The notes under the pieces are model-generated. The model did no database searches, was not told where the DNA came from, and saw only the letters and a list, made by a program, of their open reading frames with translations. This document shows positions 1-12,324 of a stretch of 64,000 nucleotides of DNA, piece after piece. The position numbers were made by a program, and so were the translations under genes. Origin of the DNA: Phoronis australis (Eukaryota; Animalia; Phoronida); assembly GCA_002633005.1 (NCBI GenBank), contig NMRA01000150.1, positions 673,914-737,913 of the forward strand. The letters run 5' to 3'. Each line of letters opens with the position of its first letter. The first letter of the stretch is position 1.

Positions 1-1110
1 CCATTTTGACTGAAATTGAAAAAAAATAAAATTGTATATTAATCAAACAAGTTTATTTTTACAAAGACTAATGACTGGTCTTGTATTTTCCAAAAGTGTA
101 CAAAGTCATCTTTTATTGACCTGCAATCAAATTACAACTTGGCAAAAATGAATGGTTGCAAATCTTTGATAAATACAATGAAAAAGAACTTATTAATAAA
201 TTATAACGTATTTGTACATTAAAAGTGATCAAATCCCATTACAACTATGGTAAAAATGAGATGAGGCGTGTGGGAAGGACGAAATATCGAAATAAAAGAA
301 ATAGATGGTAATGTAACATTCAGGTGTTTAGTCATAATCCTTACTCTTGAAGTGAACACACAATCACACCTCAGTTGTCATAAGAGCTTTCATGTATGTA
401 TTAGCGTCTTCAGACAGCACATGCATCTCAATATTCACATAAACATATTTGATGGTAATGCATCTGATGGTCACAATCCTACATATTTTTGAAAATTTTT
501 AGTCAAAACTCCTGAGGAATATATTTGTTAGTGAAACATCGTAATCAAAATCCTGAACTGATACATAATTGTGCAATTTTTCATTACGCTCCTTTGAGCA
601 GTGAGCCACATGGAGAGGCGGGAAAGTGATTAAAAACATAGAGGCATAAAATAAGTCAAATCTATCCAAGAAAAGCAATGCAGGAATGTCGACATGTGCC
701 CACAATGCACTGCAAACAACATGTTTCTAAGGACCACTAGGAGGTGCTGCAGTTTGTCAAATCAGCCCCAAAATCAACTGGTGCCTGTGAATTGTCATCA
801 CAAAAATCCGTGTGAAGTTTCATTGAAATCCTTTAATCGGTTATCCTGAAGTAAACACTGTAATAAATACTGGTGGCCACATTAAAGTGAAACACAACAC
901 TTGTAATTTCATGTCTAAATGCAGTGGAGGAGACAAACAAACCGCGAGTCAATCAAATAATAGCAAACTAGAACTAAGAATATAACAAGAAAAGCAAACT
1001 AATAAGGCAACACAATGATGTATGACTGAGCATGCTAGAGGGAATATAGAACTCGGCAGACAGCTGCAAAAAACGTAAAGCTTCAGCTAAAACAAGATTC
1101 ATATACTTAC

Positions 1111-1128
1111 AGATGAACTATCAGAACC
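1111..1128 (-). other. Candidate 18-nt microexon of SNX13 (GSDSSS)
   Basis: ttgtag|GGTTCTGATAGTTCATCT|gtaagtat: consensus splice sites, frame-preserving. No homology support. Confidence 0.3.
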
Positions 1129-1565
1129 CTACAATCAGGTGATAGACAGAGTTGAACAGGATTCATATATTAAGTAATAACTCGTCCTCAACAGACCATA
1201 TGTTTTTAGTTCTTAAATGAGACTAATTAGTATACCATCTAGTTAAAACGATTATTTAAAGAGATATTAGAGTTATCTTGAAGTCAGCGACTGGAGCCTG
1301 CTGACTTGAATGTAAACTGAAAGATTTCCATTCATTATGACTGTAGACACACTCCAGAATCAGATTGCCACCTCGTATCTCTTGTCTGCTCACCAAGTGG
1401 CTTTCAGTTGAAACTTCAGTCATTCCACATCTTTGTTAGCGGTCATAAACTACTTAGACGATATCAAACTGATATAATTAAATACTAATTCACAGCAGAT
1501 TCCAAAACATACACTTCGGCTTGTTACATTTGGGACAGTCACTGTATATCTGTCATGCCATGGAA

Positions 1566-1995
1566 GAGTTAAACAGGAGACTGTGTCTCGGACGAGTCAA
1601 ACGGGAGACTGTGTCTCGGACGAGTCACACGGGAGACTGTGTCTCGGACGAGTCACACGGGAGACTGTGTCTCGGACGAGTTACACGGGAGACTGTGTCT
1701 CGGACGAGTTACACGGGAGACTGTGTCTCGGATGAGTTACACGGGAGACTGTGTCTTGGATGAGATACACGGGAGACTGTGTCTCGGACGAGTTACACGG
1801 GAGACTGTGTCTCGGACGAGTCACTCGGGACACTGCGTCTCGGACGAGTCACACGGGAGACTGCCTGCGTCTCGGACGAGTCACACGGGAGACTGTGTCT
1901 CGGACGAGTCACACGGGAGACTGCGTCTCGGACGAGTTACACGGGAGACTGTGTCTCGGATGAGTTACACGGGAGACTGCATCTTGGATGAGCAC
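1566..1995. repeat. 28-bp minisatellite, ~15 copies
   Basis: Unit GGGAGACTGTGTCTCGGACGAGTCACAC; explains the repetitive ORFs at 1521-2094. Confidence 0.95.
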
Positions 1996-3328
1996 GTAAA
2001 CTGGCAGTCCTCACTTGCAGTATTTTTCAGTTCATTGAAGTTTGCAAAAGTATTTACTCAAAGCCAGTCGTGTGTCAATTTCACAAGAAATTAATAGTTG
2101 TGTTACGCCATGTATATATATATATATATATGCCAATGTGACCTCAGATTGTGTTTAGTCGCCACGAGGTCTCCACTTTGAGTATCAAAGTCAGACAATA
2201 TTTCACTCTAAATTCATTTCAAGGTTAGTGTTGACTTCCAAACTGGAAATTGCTAATAAAGTTCTTAGACGAATTACATTTGATTTACAATTGTTCAGTT
2301 TATTTTGTGAATTGAATGCACTTGGTAACACATTTAAATTACAACAGCAAAAATCGTAAAAGATCGGCAAAATTCACATCACTAGGCCACGCGGTCATCT
2401 GCATCCTATGGTCATTGGCGGCAGGAATAGCTGCGTTACAGACTGAATGTACATACGTCTATGGGGGGAATTAGGGAGGCGCAAGGAAAATGGGTCCTGT
2501 GACAGCCGTACAATTTTTTTTCGGTCATAGAAAATTTACACCAAATGATAACCTAATTCGTTGGTGGTAGTGATTTTGTTTCCAATTTTGGCGACCTCAG
2601 ATTTTGTTTGGCGACCTGCACGACATCAAATAAATCTAAAATTTCAGAGAAGAGGTATGAAATATTGACCCAAAACTTCTAACAAAGAGAAATACTGGCA
2701 CAAAACTTGTTTATAAGCAATGTTGAGAATTATCTAAGTTACAAAAACATTTCAATATTATCATCAACACATATTCAACTTTTTATTATTAAATAACAAA
2801 TTGTATCATGTTAACCTATAAGAACAGTGTGTTGTACTTAAATAGATTGTCTTATAATTTTGTGAAATCCTGTGCAGCATATCAAGACAACAGCTACAAA
2901 GTACAATGTACGTCTTGTGCGAGGCATGACTGATCAAGAGTTAAGTTTCGATAGTAATGTAGTCTAACAAAGACAACGGGTTATGAGAGTACTGTTCTCA
3001 ACAAGACAGAAATGATTAATAAGTATTGTGTAAATGATGAGCCACGATGATATCTTGTTGAGATGGATGAAACATGAACAGCTCCATGACCTGAATATTC
3101 TTGATGCCCAGTGATGTTGTCAACAACACAACTAAACCATCAACATTAAATGAGAGTACATCTCACTGTTTAGAATTCCATGCAGAACTCAAACAAGGGT
3201 CTAGAGAGTAACTGCACACTCGGATATGCTACTGAGATGGCATACGAGAACATTAAAAAAGTTTTGAGCATTGAACAAGACTCCTCATCAGTTGCATCAT
3301 AATCGCCATGGTGACTAGGGCCACCTAC

Positions 3329-3469
3329 CTTTTCAGAGAGGTACTGGTCGAATATGTTCATGGCAGCCGCACGCAGTGGTTCAAGATCAAGCTCATCTGC
3401 TGTCTGCTCTTCACGTAACTTCTGCAGCTCTAAAGCTTGTAACTGCTGCTCAGCAGTCACTCTGTAGCC
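3329..3469 (-). CDS. SNX13: SNX13 exon 13 (RGS); gene continues beyond the window's left edge
   Basis: GYRVTAEQQLQALELQKLREEQTADELDLEPLRAAAMNIFDQYLSEK|gtagg; cf. human GYRVTAQQQL...LRAAAVGIYEQYLSEK. Confidence 0.95.
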
Positions 3470-3486
3470 CTACAAGGAACACATTC

Positions 3487-3672
3487 AAACAGTGAATGAA
3501 GGGAGACAACTCTCAGTTAAACAGTGGGTGAAGGGAGACAACTCTCAGTCACACAGTGGGTGAAGAGAAACAACTCTCAGTCAAACAGTGGATGAGCAGA
3601 GACAACTCTCAGTCAAACAGTGGGTGAAGGTAGACAACTTTCAGAGAAACAGTAAGCAAAAGAAGACAACTC
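3487..3672. repeat. 32-bp minisatellite, ~6 copies, next to the exon 13 acceptor
   Basis: Unit ~CAGTCAAACAGTGGGTGAAGGGAGACAACTCT. Confidence 0.9.
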
Positions 3673-3958
3673 TTCATGGTAATGACATCTGCGATGTCAT
3701 CTTGAAGACCTAGACCAACTTATCGAGATTCAGTGGTCACAAAATTTATTCATTAATTTAAAAATGCAACACTAACAAAATGACAGTTTGGGCACCAGAT
3801 CACAACAGCTCTTCTATTACATTCCACTTGCATCCCACAAACCTACATACTGAGGTTGAAAAATCATATGGTCATAGATTGGTAAAACTGTAACAATAGC
3901 ATGACTTTAAAGATGACTAAACAGTGTCTAATGTGTTCACCTGCCACTAATCACTTAC

Positions 3959-4014
3959 CTCACATGTGAGATAAAATGACAGGTATGCCACACCACCAGT
4001 ACCAGATAGGAATT
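3959..4014 (-). CDS. SNX13: SNX13 exon 12 (RGS)
   Basis: EFLSGTGGVAYLSFYLTCE|gtaagt, phases 1/0; cf. human DYMQQTGGQAHLFFWMTVE. Confidence 0.92.
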
Positions 4015-4145
4015 CTAAAATGAAACAGAAAGCTTATAAGTTATTAAAACATAAAGTTAACTGGATGTTAATCTCCAAAAGGAACAATGCAACCTGGGAG
4101 CATTTAATACTTGTTTACTAGCTATTAAGCTATACAAATTTCAAC

Positions 4146-4402
4146 AACTGGCAGCTGGTCATAATTCTACCCAAACCAGTCAAAGTAGGAGAGACAAGGA
4201 CTGACAGTAGGTTATAATTCTACCCAAACCAGTCAAAGCAGGTGAGACAGGAACTAGCAGTAGGTCATAATTCTACCCAAACAGTCAAAGCAGGTGCGAC
4301 AGGAACTGGCAGGTCATAATTCTACCTAAACCAGTCAAAACAGGTGAGACAGGAACTGGCAGCTGGTCACAATTCTACCCAAACCAAAGCAGGTGAGACA
4401 GG
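4146..4402. repeat. ~52-bp minisatellite, ~5 copies
   Basis: Unit ~GGTCATAATTCTACCCAAACCAGTCAAAGCAGGTGAGACAGGAACTGGCAG. Confidence 0.9.
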
Positions 4403-4451
4403 ATGTAATAATTAAGTAAACAAAATGAATATGATAATGCCCTACAAATGA

Positions 4452-4815
4452 TCAAAGTAATCTAAAGCTATGCTGTTATTTATGACTGACGATGATTAAA
4501 GTAAAGCAAAGCTATGCTATTATTTATGACTGACCATGATTAAAGTGATCCAAAGCAATGTTGTTATTCATGACTTACCAATGAAGTAGGCCAAAGCAAT
4601 GTTGTTATTCATGACTTACCAATGAAGTAGGCCAAAGCAATGTTGTTATTCATGACTTACCAATGAAGTAGGCCAAAGCAATGTTGTTATTCATGACTTA
4701 CCAATGAAGTAGGCCAAAGCTATGTTGTTATTCATGACTTACCAATGAAGTAGGCCAAAGCAATGTTGTTATTCATGACTTACCAATGAAGTAGGCCAAA
4801 GCAATGTTGTTGTTC
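4452..4815 (-). repeat. 41-bp tandem array made of the SNX13 exon 11 3' end plus its donor
   Basis: Minus unit ATGAATAACAACATTGCTTTGGCCTACTTCATTG|GTAAGTC; 5 extra intact donors plus 2 decayed units distal to the exon. Confidence 0.95.
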
Positions 4816-4871
4816 ATAATAACATCAAATGGTAGACTGTACAACTTCTGGCCAGGAGATATGAACTGTAA
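4784..4871 (-). CDS. SNX13: SNX13 exon 11 (start of RGS domain)
   Basis: LQFISPGQKLYSLPFDVIMNNNIALAYFI|gtaagt, phases 0/1. A second in-frame AG lies 6 nt downstream (exon start 4865). Cf. human KLCTVPLDSILVDNVALQFFM. Confidence 0.9.
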
Positions 4872-5224
4872 CTATAGAACAAAAGATGGATTAATGTCGA
4901 ATGAGTGGTTACCATCCACAGAGTGCAGTAAGGCAGGGCAGCAATGAATGACAAGGAATCAAGTCACAACATGCATAGAAACACATTTTAAATTTTATAG
5001 CAGACTTTGGGGTTTCATTCCAATACAGACACGACCAAAAAACTCCAGGGCAGTCCCCTGTCAGGACATTCTAGATCCGTCAGTGAATTTCTACATTCAA
5101 TACCAGAAATTGTGGAGTGTAAGGTAAGTAACGTTGCAACTTGTGGGATTCTTGATGGAAAATTGACATTAATTGACAGTTGCCTAGTCTGCACATATGC
5201 TAAATGACAGGTAAGCAGACGTAC

Positions 5225-5334
5225 CCCTAAACTATCCGACTCCTCGTCAAGTCCATGTTGTAGTCTCTGTATGCGGTCATCACACAGAGCTCGTACAAAT
5301 AACAAACTACTCAGCTGCATTTTGATAACAGCGT
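5225..5334 (-). CDS. SNX13: SNX13 exon 10
   Basis: DAVIKMQLSSLLFVRALCDDRIQRLQHGLDEESDSLG, phases 1/0; cf. human IKNQINSLLFVKKVCDSRIQRLQSG. Confidence 0.93.
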
Positions 5335-5380
5335 CTGGAATAAAAATTGTCTCAGTTCAGTGACTGTCACAAGCATTACG

Positions 5381-5720
5381 TGATCACAAACAGATTAATG
5401 GTAGTCTCCCTCGGTTAAGCAGTTGATCGTATACATGATCACAAACAGACTGATGGTAATCTCCCTCGGTTAAGCAGTTGATCGTATACATGATCACAAA
5501 CAGATTAATGGTAGTCTCCCTCGGTTAAGCAGTTGATCGTATACATGATCACAAACAGACTGATGGTAATCTCCCTCGGTTAAGCAGTTGATCGTATACA
5601 TGATCACAAACAGACTGGTGGTAGTCTCCCTCGGTTAAGCAGTTGATTGTATACATGATCACAAACAGATTGATGGTAGTCTCCCTCGGTTAAGCAGTTG
5701 ATCGTATACATGATCACAAA
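5381..5720. repeat. 55-bp minisatellite, ~6 copies
   Basis: TGATCACAAACAGA...GTATACA starting at 5381, 5436, 5491, 5546, 5601, 5656. Confidence 0.95.
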
Positions 5721-7185
5721 TCCCAAACCATGATTTCCCATCCAGGTTAACAAGAACAATGTGGAGCATTGACAAGCATCCACCAAATGGTTAAAAAATA
5801 AGGGAACTAAATTTTCCATTATTTCCCCGGTATTCGGATACATCTGAAAATCAACAATAGTTTTAACTGCTTAAAAACAGGCTCTTCTCATAAGGATACA
5901 GATAGATCCACCTAAAGGAAATGGAAGGTAGCAAGGCAAGTCCAGTGACAATTTATGACTACGGCACACCACAATAGTCAACTCAGTCCAAAAATCATCA
6001 CCAGCTGTGTTTTCCTCATCAGGAACAAATACGCCAAATTTCATGAATATCCACACAAAGAACTTGATAGACATTGAAGCAGATAAAAAAATGAAAATAG
6101 TCACTTCAGGGTGTTACAGTAGAACAGTCCAAAACTTAAAATGGAAACTAGAGGGCACACAAAGGTCGAATCCATCTGACATTGGGCAGGAGCTGACATT
6201 TCCTTCACTGTAATGTATGAGAAATTTTCATGATAATCTATTAAGGAACTTGGTAGAAACAGAGCACACGTAAAGAAAATCTAAACTGCCTCTAGGGGGT
6301 CTCATAGTAGTCGAACCCGTGAATTTATCATCAGCCATGCTTTCCTAACAAGTACATAGAACGGTCCTATTTTGACAGAGGTAGAGGAAACAAAATTGTG
6401 ACAAGAGGACGTTACATTTATCGGACTATCCGAAAATCAGCATCACCTGTGCTCTCCACCATAGGAGCACGTGTGCCAAGTTCTATGAAGACACATAAAG
6501 GAACTTGGCAGATATCGAGACAGAGACCAAAGAAAAATGCGACTAGGGGCACAATAGTCACTAGTTGAACTAATGAAGTCAGCTGTTCAAAAATCAACAT
6601 ACAGCCACGCTGTCATAAAAAAAACCTTTCCAATTTCCTGATTCTTCGAGCAGTTTGGTGGATAGAGAAGCAGATGCCAAAAACAGCCACTATGTTGCAT
6701 ATACTATATAGTTTAGTAGGGGCTGTAGAATAAGTTGAATCCGTCCAACATTGACAAAGTGTTATTATTTTAATAGAAACCTACTTGCTAAATTTCATAA
6801 ATTCTATCAAAGAGCTTGATAGATACGTGACAAACTAAAGTTGTCACAAGGTACAACGCTATCATCCGCTCCTGGCTTGACAGGGTCACCAGCTTGATAG
6901 GGTCACATCTGCAAACTGTCATGGACATGTTGTAAAGGGTTAGGAGACAATAGAACCATATGTTGGATAGATGCCAAACAAAACATGCAAAATAAAAATG
7001 AGAAAATTGGTATTTGATGATCAACCAGTTCTCTCCTCCAAAAGAGAATCAACATCTTTTTAATAAACCAAAGTGGTACAGCATACAAACCTAAACTTTG
7101 AAATCACACTGCATCGACTATGACATACAAGTGAGTAGTAAGTAGGCGGCTATTCACTGAAAGTAGTACAAAAGTTGAGCTATAC

Positions 7186-7327
7186 CATCATGTCCGCCAC
7201 TATCCTTCGCCCGCTGCCTCGTCACATCCTGATCAATCTTGTCCCGCACAGCCTGCAGTTCTTCAATACTATCTGATATCTTGACCGCCGTCATGAATGA
7301 CTCATTGGTGAAGGACTCGTCTTTGCA
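7186..7327 (-). CDS. SNX13: SNX13 exon 9
   Basis: CKDESFTNESFMTAVKISDSIEELQAVRDKIDQDVTRQRAKDSGGHD, phases 0/1; cf. human IRDSNCNYEAFMNIIKLSDNIGELEAVRDK. Confidence 0.94.
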
Positions 7328-8341
7328 CTAATCAAGGGAAAGAGGACAGTTAAGATGACCATACCAAGTTCACTGACCATTAGAAATACAGCACGTTTTA
7401 CAGCACCTCGTACTTTAACGATACATAATATGTACAAAAACTGCCAGAGCCAAACGATGGCATTATCATGGACGCTGAATCTAACTGAAACAGAGTAGCT
7501 ATCACATGAGCAATCAAGTGAGTCTGGCTTACTGGACAAGAGAACTAAGAATACTAACACTTAACAACAGACCAGATTGACATCATCATTCAAAAATTGG
7601 TTTCTGCATGCAGTGGAAAATAAAAAGATTTTTATTCTTAGTGTGTGATCATAATGATAAAAGGTCCATGTTATACACGACTGCACAGTCATGTTATTGG
7701 TGTTATACTGGACCTCGCTGAAACCTGTTCCTCAGCACAGAGTGATTATTAGGTTTACATGTTATTGGTGTCTCTAGACAACCAGTTACCTAAACATTTG
7801 GGTTCTCAAAATAGTCATTTAATGAAAATAATTGCACGTGGAGTATATGAAAGCAGTTTACATAAGTGAAAATGCAGATTGCAATCTACTTTACAATACT
7901 TGCTTCACACGGTGCATGCTTGTGAACGATAATAAGACATCAGATTTCCCTAGATTCAACCTAGTCCAGAGGTAAAACTTCCTAACCTGGAGAATGAGAC
8001 TACAGTCAAAATATGGCTAGCCATGAATTGAATAGATTACTTGCATTTCACAATTTTGTCATGATATGTCGTCCCCAGTAACCAGCTCTCGGGTCGTTTG
8101 AAACAATTGCAAGTCTTTGTTCACGAGGCAACATGTGATTTTGTGTCTATACACATCACATTGGTGATTTTAAGAAAAGAGTTGTCGATAAACGAATAAA
8201 AGTACAGTATTTGTTTTCGCTTTTTCAATTTTTTGATGAAAAAACAATAAATATGAAAGGAGTTGTTACATTATTACAAACAACCCGAATGATTAACTGC
8301 CCTCCACATTACAAATTGATTAAACTGAAGGTGAAGGTTTG

Positions 8342-8591
8342 CCTTGAACTTACCAGCCAAACAATGTATTGGTTAATGTAGTCAGGATCAGACAACAGGT
8401 TCACCTTGAACTTACCAGCCAAACAATGTATTGGTTAATGTAGTCAGGATCAGACAACAGGTTCACCTTGAACTTACCAGCCAAACAATGTATTGGTTAA
8501 TGTAGTCAGGGTCAGACAACAGGTTCACCTTGAACTTACCAGCCAAACAATGTATTGGTTAATGTAGTCAGGATCAGACAACAGGTTCACC
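8342..8591 (-). repeat. 62-bp tandem array (4 copies) made of the SNX13 exon 8 3' end plus its donor
   Basis: Minus unit = 51 nt encoding VNLLSDPDYINQYIVWL + GTAAGTTCAAG; donors at 8539, 8477, 8415, 8353. Confidence 0.97.
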
Positions 8592-8623
8592 ATGGGTATC
8601 ATGACACCTTGCACCAGAACTTC
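8540..8623 (-). CDS. SNX13: SNX13 exon 8 (end of PXA)
   Basis: EVLVQGVMIPMVNLLSDPDYINQYIVWL|gtaagt, phases 0/0; cf. human EILARGILLPLINQLSDPDYINQYVIWM. Confidence 0.96.
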
Positions 8624-9395
8624 CTGAAAATACAAACATTTGTCTGATCCTTTTGGACTCATCAAATCTTTTAATTCCAACTGTTAAGACGTGCATCAGG
8701 AATGTAAAGTTAGTGTGTAGGACATCAGCTTTATACAAGTAACAACTTCTTGGTACAACACAACCTCCTTGTCATGCAACGAATAAGCCTGACTGTGGCC
8801 TTCACTATATGAGACCAGTATAGCACTAGTCAGGAGAGACCAGTACAGCACTAGTCAGGTCCTGCAATGACCAATGACAGAGGACAGGTGATGTATTGTT
8901 CTACAAATAAATAGGCTTCTGTGATAAAAATATTTTTTGTTTGGTAAAATTGAAGTGAAATGATCATTTTTGCATGAATAGTCAAAATAATGATAAAAAG
9001 AGACGATAAAAGAAGAAAGAAAATCAAATAAGAGGAAATCGAAACAAAAAAGAGGAAATAATCTTAAAAGAGAAAAATTCCTAGCTCTTACTAGTAAAGG
9101 TCATAACATCTACTAAATGTAACATTTAGTAAACCTAACATCTAGCAAACCTAACTATATCTAGTATACCTAACAACTTCAAGTAGACCAACCAACTTCT
9201 AGTACACTCAACAATTTTGATTAGACATAACAATGTCTAGTAGACCTAATGACTTCTTGTAGACCTAACAACTTCTTGTAGACCTAACAATGCTTTTAGA
9301 CCTAACACCTTTTTTCCACAAACTGCAGTGACGCAGTTCAAGCTCAGATGGGGACTGGCCTGGTGATTGATCAAACACATTCAGAGCACACTTAC

Positions 9396-9484
9396 TCTAC
9401 AGATATAACGGAAAGGTTTATTGTGGAAGTCTCCAGGTGGAAGGAGAAGATACAGCAACACGTCACTGATGTCTTGAAGATACT
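9396..9484 (-). CDS. SNX13: SNX13 exon 7 (PXA)
   Basis: QYLQDISDVLLYLLLPPGDFHNKPFRYICR, phases 1/0; cf. human FLRDLCEVLLYLLLPPGDFQNKIMRYFVR. Not in the ORF track. Confidence 0.96.
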
Positions 9485-9985
9485 CTGAAAAACAACCACA
9501 GTTCACAAATTATCTCATCCACGCAAATAGAAAATCTATTGCAAACAAACCTTGCAAATTCTTGAATTTTGAGCTAAAATGATAGCTTAAAATTTACATT
9601 TTTTTTCATTTTTAGTCAGAAAGTGCTCAATACTAAGTGGCGATAGGTTCACTGCACAAATCAAGATAACAACTGAACAAGTTGTGTCAATGAGAAATTT
9701 GACACGATGAAATTCTATTTTTTTCACCTAGTAAAGAAAGTATTTTATAGTTTCATGGTCAATCTTTTATCTATTGCATGACTATAAATGTTGACTTATC
9801 CAACAGATTTTTCCTAAAAACATTGGGATGAAAATCTTATTGTGCATGAGATTGGCAGATGTGGTTGCTATGATACTCAAGCAATAAATAAATTATCACA
9901 TACAAGTTTCTTTTGCACAATCAACACAAATAAATTATGACATACCCATATTTTTCTAAAACAAGACAAATAAATTCTGACATAC

Positions 9986-10093
9986 GAATTTCTTTCTCAG
10001 AATCCACACAAATCTGGTCACGACACAATGTCTTCTCCATTTCAGATTCAAGGTCAAAGAAGATGCAGTCCAGGTCAGTCACTGGTTTAGTTT
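9986..10093 (-). CDS. SNX13: SNX13 exon 6 (PXA)
   Basis: ETKPVTDLDCIFFDLESEMEKTLCRDQICVDSEKEI, AG/GT, phases 1/1; cf. human DLVDTFFEVEVEMEKEVCRDLVC. Confidence 0.93.
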
Positions 10094-10260
10094 CTGAAAG
10101 AACATAAAACATAACACAATGCGCAATGTTTGTCTTTTCTTCTGCTGTAGTTAACTGATTTTTGCCATTCAACTATTGAAAAAGTTCATTGACAGATTCA
10201 GTTTTTATAGTGCACAGTGCCAAAAATGGGCAGGAAAGAATGTTGCCACCATAGACATCA

Positions 10261-10526
10261 CATAGACCGGGCACCCGCCACTCGGATACATGCAGCTCGC
10301 GTTGTCAATATAACGCCATATTGGAGAGTGCTACGCAAGACAAAAATGGTGGAAAACACTGAGAGCCCTACAACATCAGTCAGGAAATGCGGGGGCTCGC
10401 AGTGATATGCTTGCAGCCAAAGAGTTAATTTTTTTTTGGTCTTGCCATTGAGTCATGAGTTTTTTGGTTCTGCCATGGAGTTTAGTGGTGCTGCAAGTTT
10501 TTATGTTCTGCCACCATAGTTTAAGC
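10261..10526 (+). mobile_element. Dispersed repeat fragment (probable DNA-transposon end); inverted homolog at 57960-58204
   Basis: CATAGACCGGGC...GCCATATTGGAGAGTGCTAC...GTTCTGCCACCATA reappears reverse-complemented at 57960-58204. Confidence 0.75.
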
Positions 10527-11319
10527 AGAGCAACTATATGCGTTGTTTCCACATCAGTCTTGGTGGTTGAGACTATATAAGATCAATTAAGATAATTTTT
10601 GACCAGCATTTGCTGTTATCCAATGATGATGCTGTTTGGTAATTATATTTAAGTAAATATTTAGTATTAATGACAATCATATGTATTTTTACTTGTACTG
10701 AAAAATAACATCCCCGAACTTACTCGCCAGCCGGGGCATCGAAATCAGTACATTTAAGTGAATAGTGTATTCTCTATTGAAATATATACTGCTTTAAAAC
10801 TCATTTCTTACTATGTATTCCAAAGTCAGATATTTTCTGTTGTGTCAAAACAAACAAATCCCTGCAAAATCTGTACTTATGTCGAAGTTGACATTAGAAT
10901 TTCTTTGGATTTGCAGTGCTTGCTTACGAGCTGTGACGAAACTTGCGTTAAAAGTAAAGTGCATAGTAACTGCAAATCCAACCTATGCGACTGAATTGCG
11001 CATTCAACCTTTACCCAAAATACATAATGTCCCACTCGAAACCTAATAGAAATATACCCAACCGAGTCCGGTTGGTTTTTTCGCAAGGTCTAAATTTAAT
11101 GTGAAGAATTTTCAGCCCATGAAAAAATGACCCCACGTCCATGAAAACCTGTCCTGTCATTATTCAATGGTTCCCCCACAACAGCGGGTTGGGATAAGCA
11201 GATAGCGTGCGTGTGAGAAGAATTCATTTTAAATTTCTCGGCTGAGGGTACATCAAATAAGGGCGGGGATAGACAGGAACGGTCCAAAATAATGTGTGGG
11301 AGTGGGGCTATCTCTTTGT

Positions 11320-11480
11320 GAGCACCAGCTTGTACAGTATGAGGTCATGACTAGTACTTCTGAGAGCACCAGCTTTTACATTATGAGGTCATGACTAGTA
11401 CTTCTGAGAGCACCAGCTTTTACATTATGAGGTCATGACTAGTACTTCTGAGAGCACCAGCTTTTACATTATGAGGTCAT
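11320..11480. repeat. 44-bp minisatellite, ~3.7 copies
   Basis: Unit GAGCACCAGCTTTTACATTATGAGGTCATGACTAGTACTTCTGA. Confidence 0.92.
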
Positions 11481-11546
11481 CCAGTGTTTGTGAAGAGTCA
11501 CTAGGAATAAAGTATCACTACAAGATGTCATACAGGATAACCTTAC

Positions 11547-11662
11547 CATCTAGTTTATACAAAATGTGTCGATCTTGTGCCCTTCTGAAGAGTCGCAGAT
11601 GAGAGGCAAAGTCGTCAACAAGTCGAGTGGTGAAATATGGCACCCAGTCAACAGTCTTAGCT
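11547..11662 (-). CDS. SNX13: SNX13 exon 5 (PXA)
   Basis: AKTVDWVPYFTTRLVDDFASHLRLFRRAQDRHILYKLD, phases 2/1; cf. human DWQPYFTTRIVDDFGTHLRVFRKAQ, which favours SNX13 over SNX14/25. Confidence 0.96.
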
Positions 11663-11888
11663 CTGCAATTATGCAATGAAAGTCTTACCAGATTTAAGAT
11701 AAGTGAGGCATCACTAAACAGTGACAAAATTTACAGACTCAAAAAAATTAATAACACCATTTAAAACAGAATACATTTTACTCGATCGGACCTTCACTGA
11801 CTCCTAAAATTTACTCATTACATCACTTCCTGTAATTAAAACATAAGTACATCATAAAAAAGTGGTAACATTCCCCTTCAAGTGCAAG

Positions 11889-12320
11889 ACAATGTCATGT
11901 CTACACACCAGGAGTAACTAAGTACCAAGTACTGACTAGATGTCACAACATAACAATGTCATGTCTACACACCAGGAGTCACTAAGTACCAAGTACTGAC
12001 TAGATGTCACAACATAACAATGTCATGTCTACACACTAGGAGTCACTAAGTACCAAGTACTGACTAGATGTCACAACATAACAATGTCACTAAGTACCAA
12101 GTACTGACTAGATGTCACAACATAACAATGTCATGTCTACACACTAGGAGTGACTAAGTACCAAATACTCTCTAGGTGTTACCACTACTTAACAATATGT
12201 CTTCACACTCAGCATCCATGAAAACAAAGTACTCACTAGATGTCACTGCATAGCACTGCCATGACTGCTCACTAGGTGTCGTTAAGTAACAAGAATTTAC
12301 TAGATGTCACTACATAACAA
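11889..12320. repeat. ~64-bp minisatellite, decaying towards and abutting the exon 4 donor
   Basis: Unit ~ACAATGTCATGTCTACACACCAGGAGTCACTAAGTACCAAGTACTGACTAGATGTCACAACATA. Confidence 0.85.
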
Positions 12321-12324
12321 CTAC

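Noticed and set aside
1566-1995. CRISPR-like regular 28-bp repeats (also 25975-26142, 31505-31640)
   Set aside because: Units are contiguous with no unique spacers, there are no cas genes, and the context is a eukaryotic intron.
5015-5224. Extension of ORF 5015-5320 beyond SNX13 exon 10
   Set aside because: Homology stops at the GT donor at 5224; the remainder is intron read-through.
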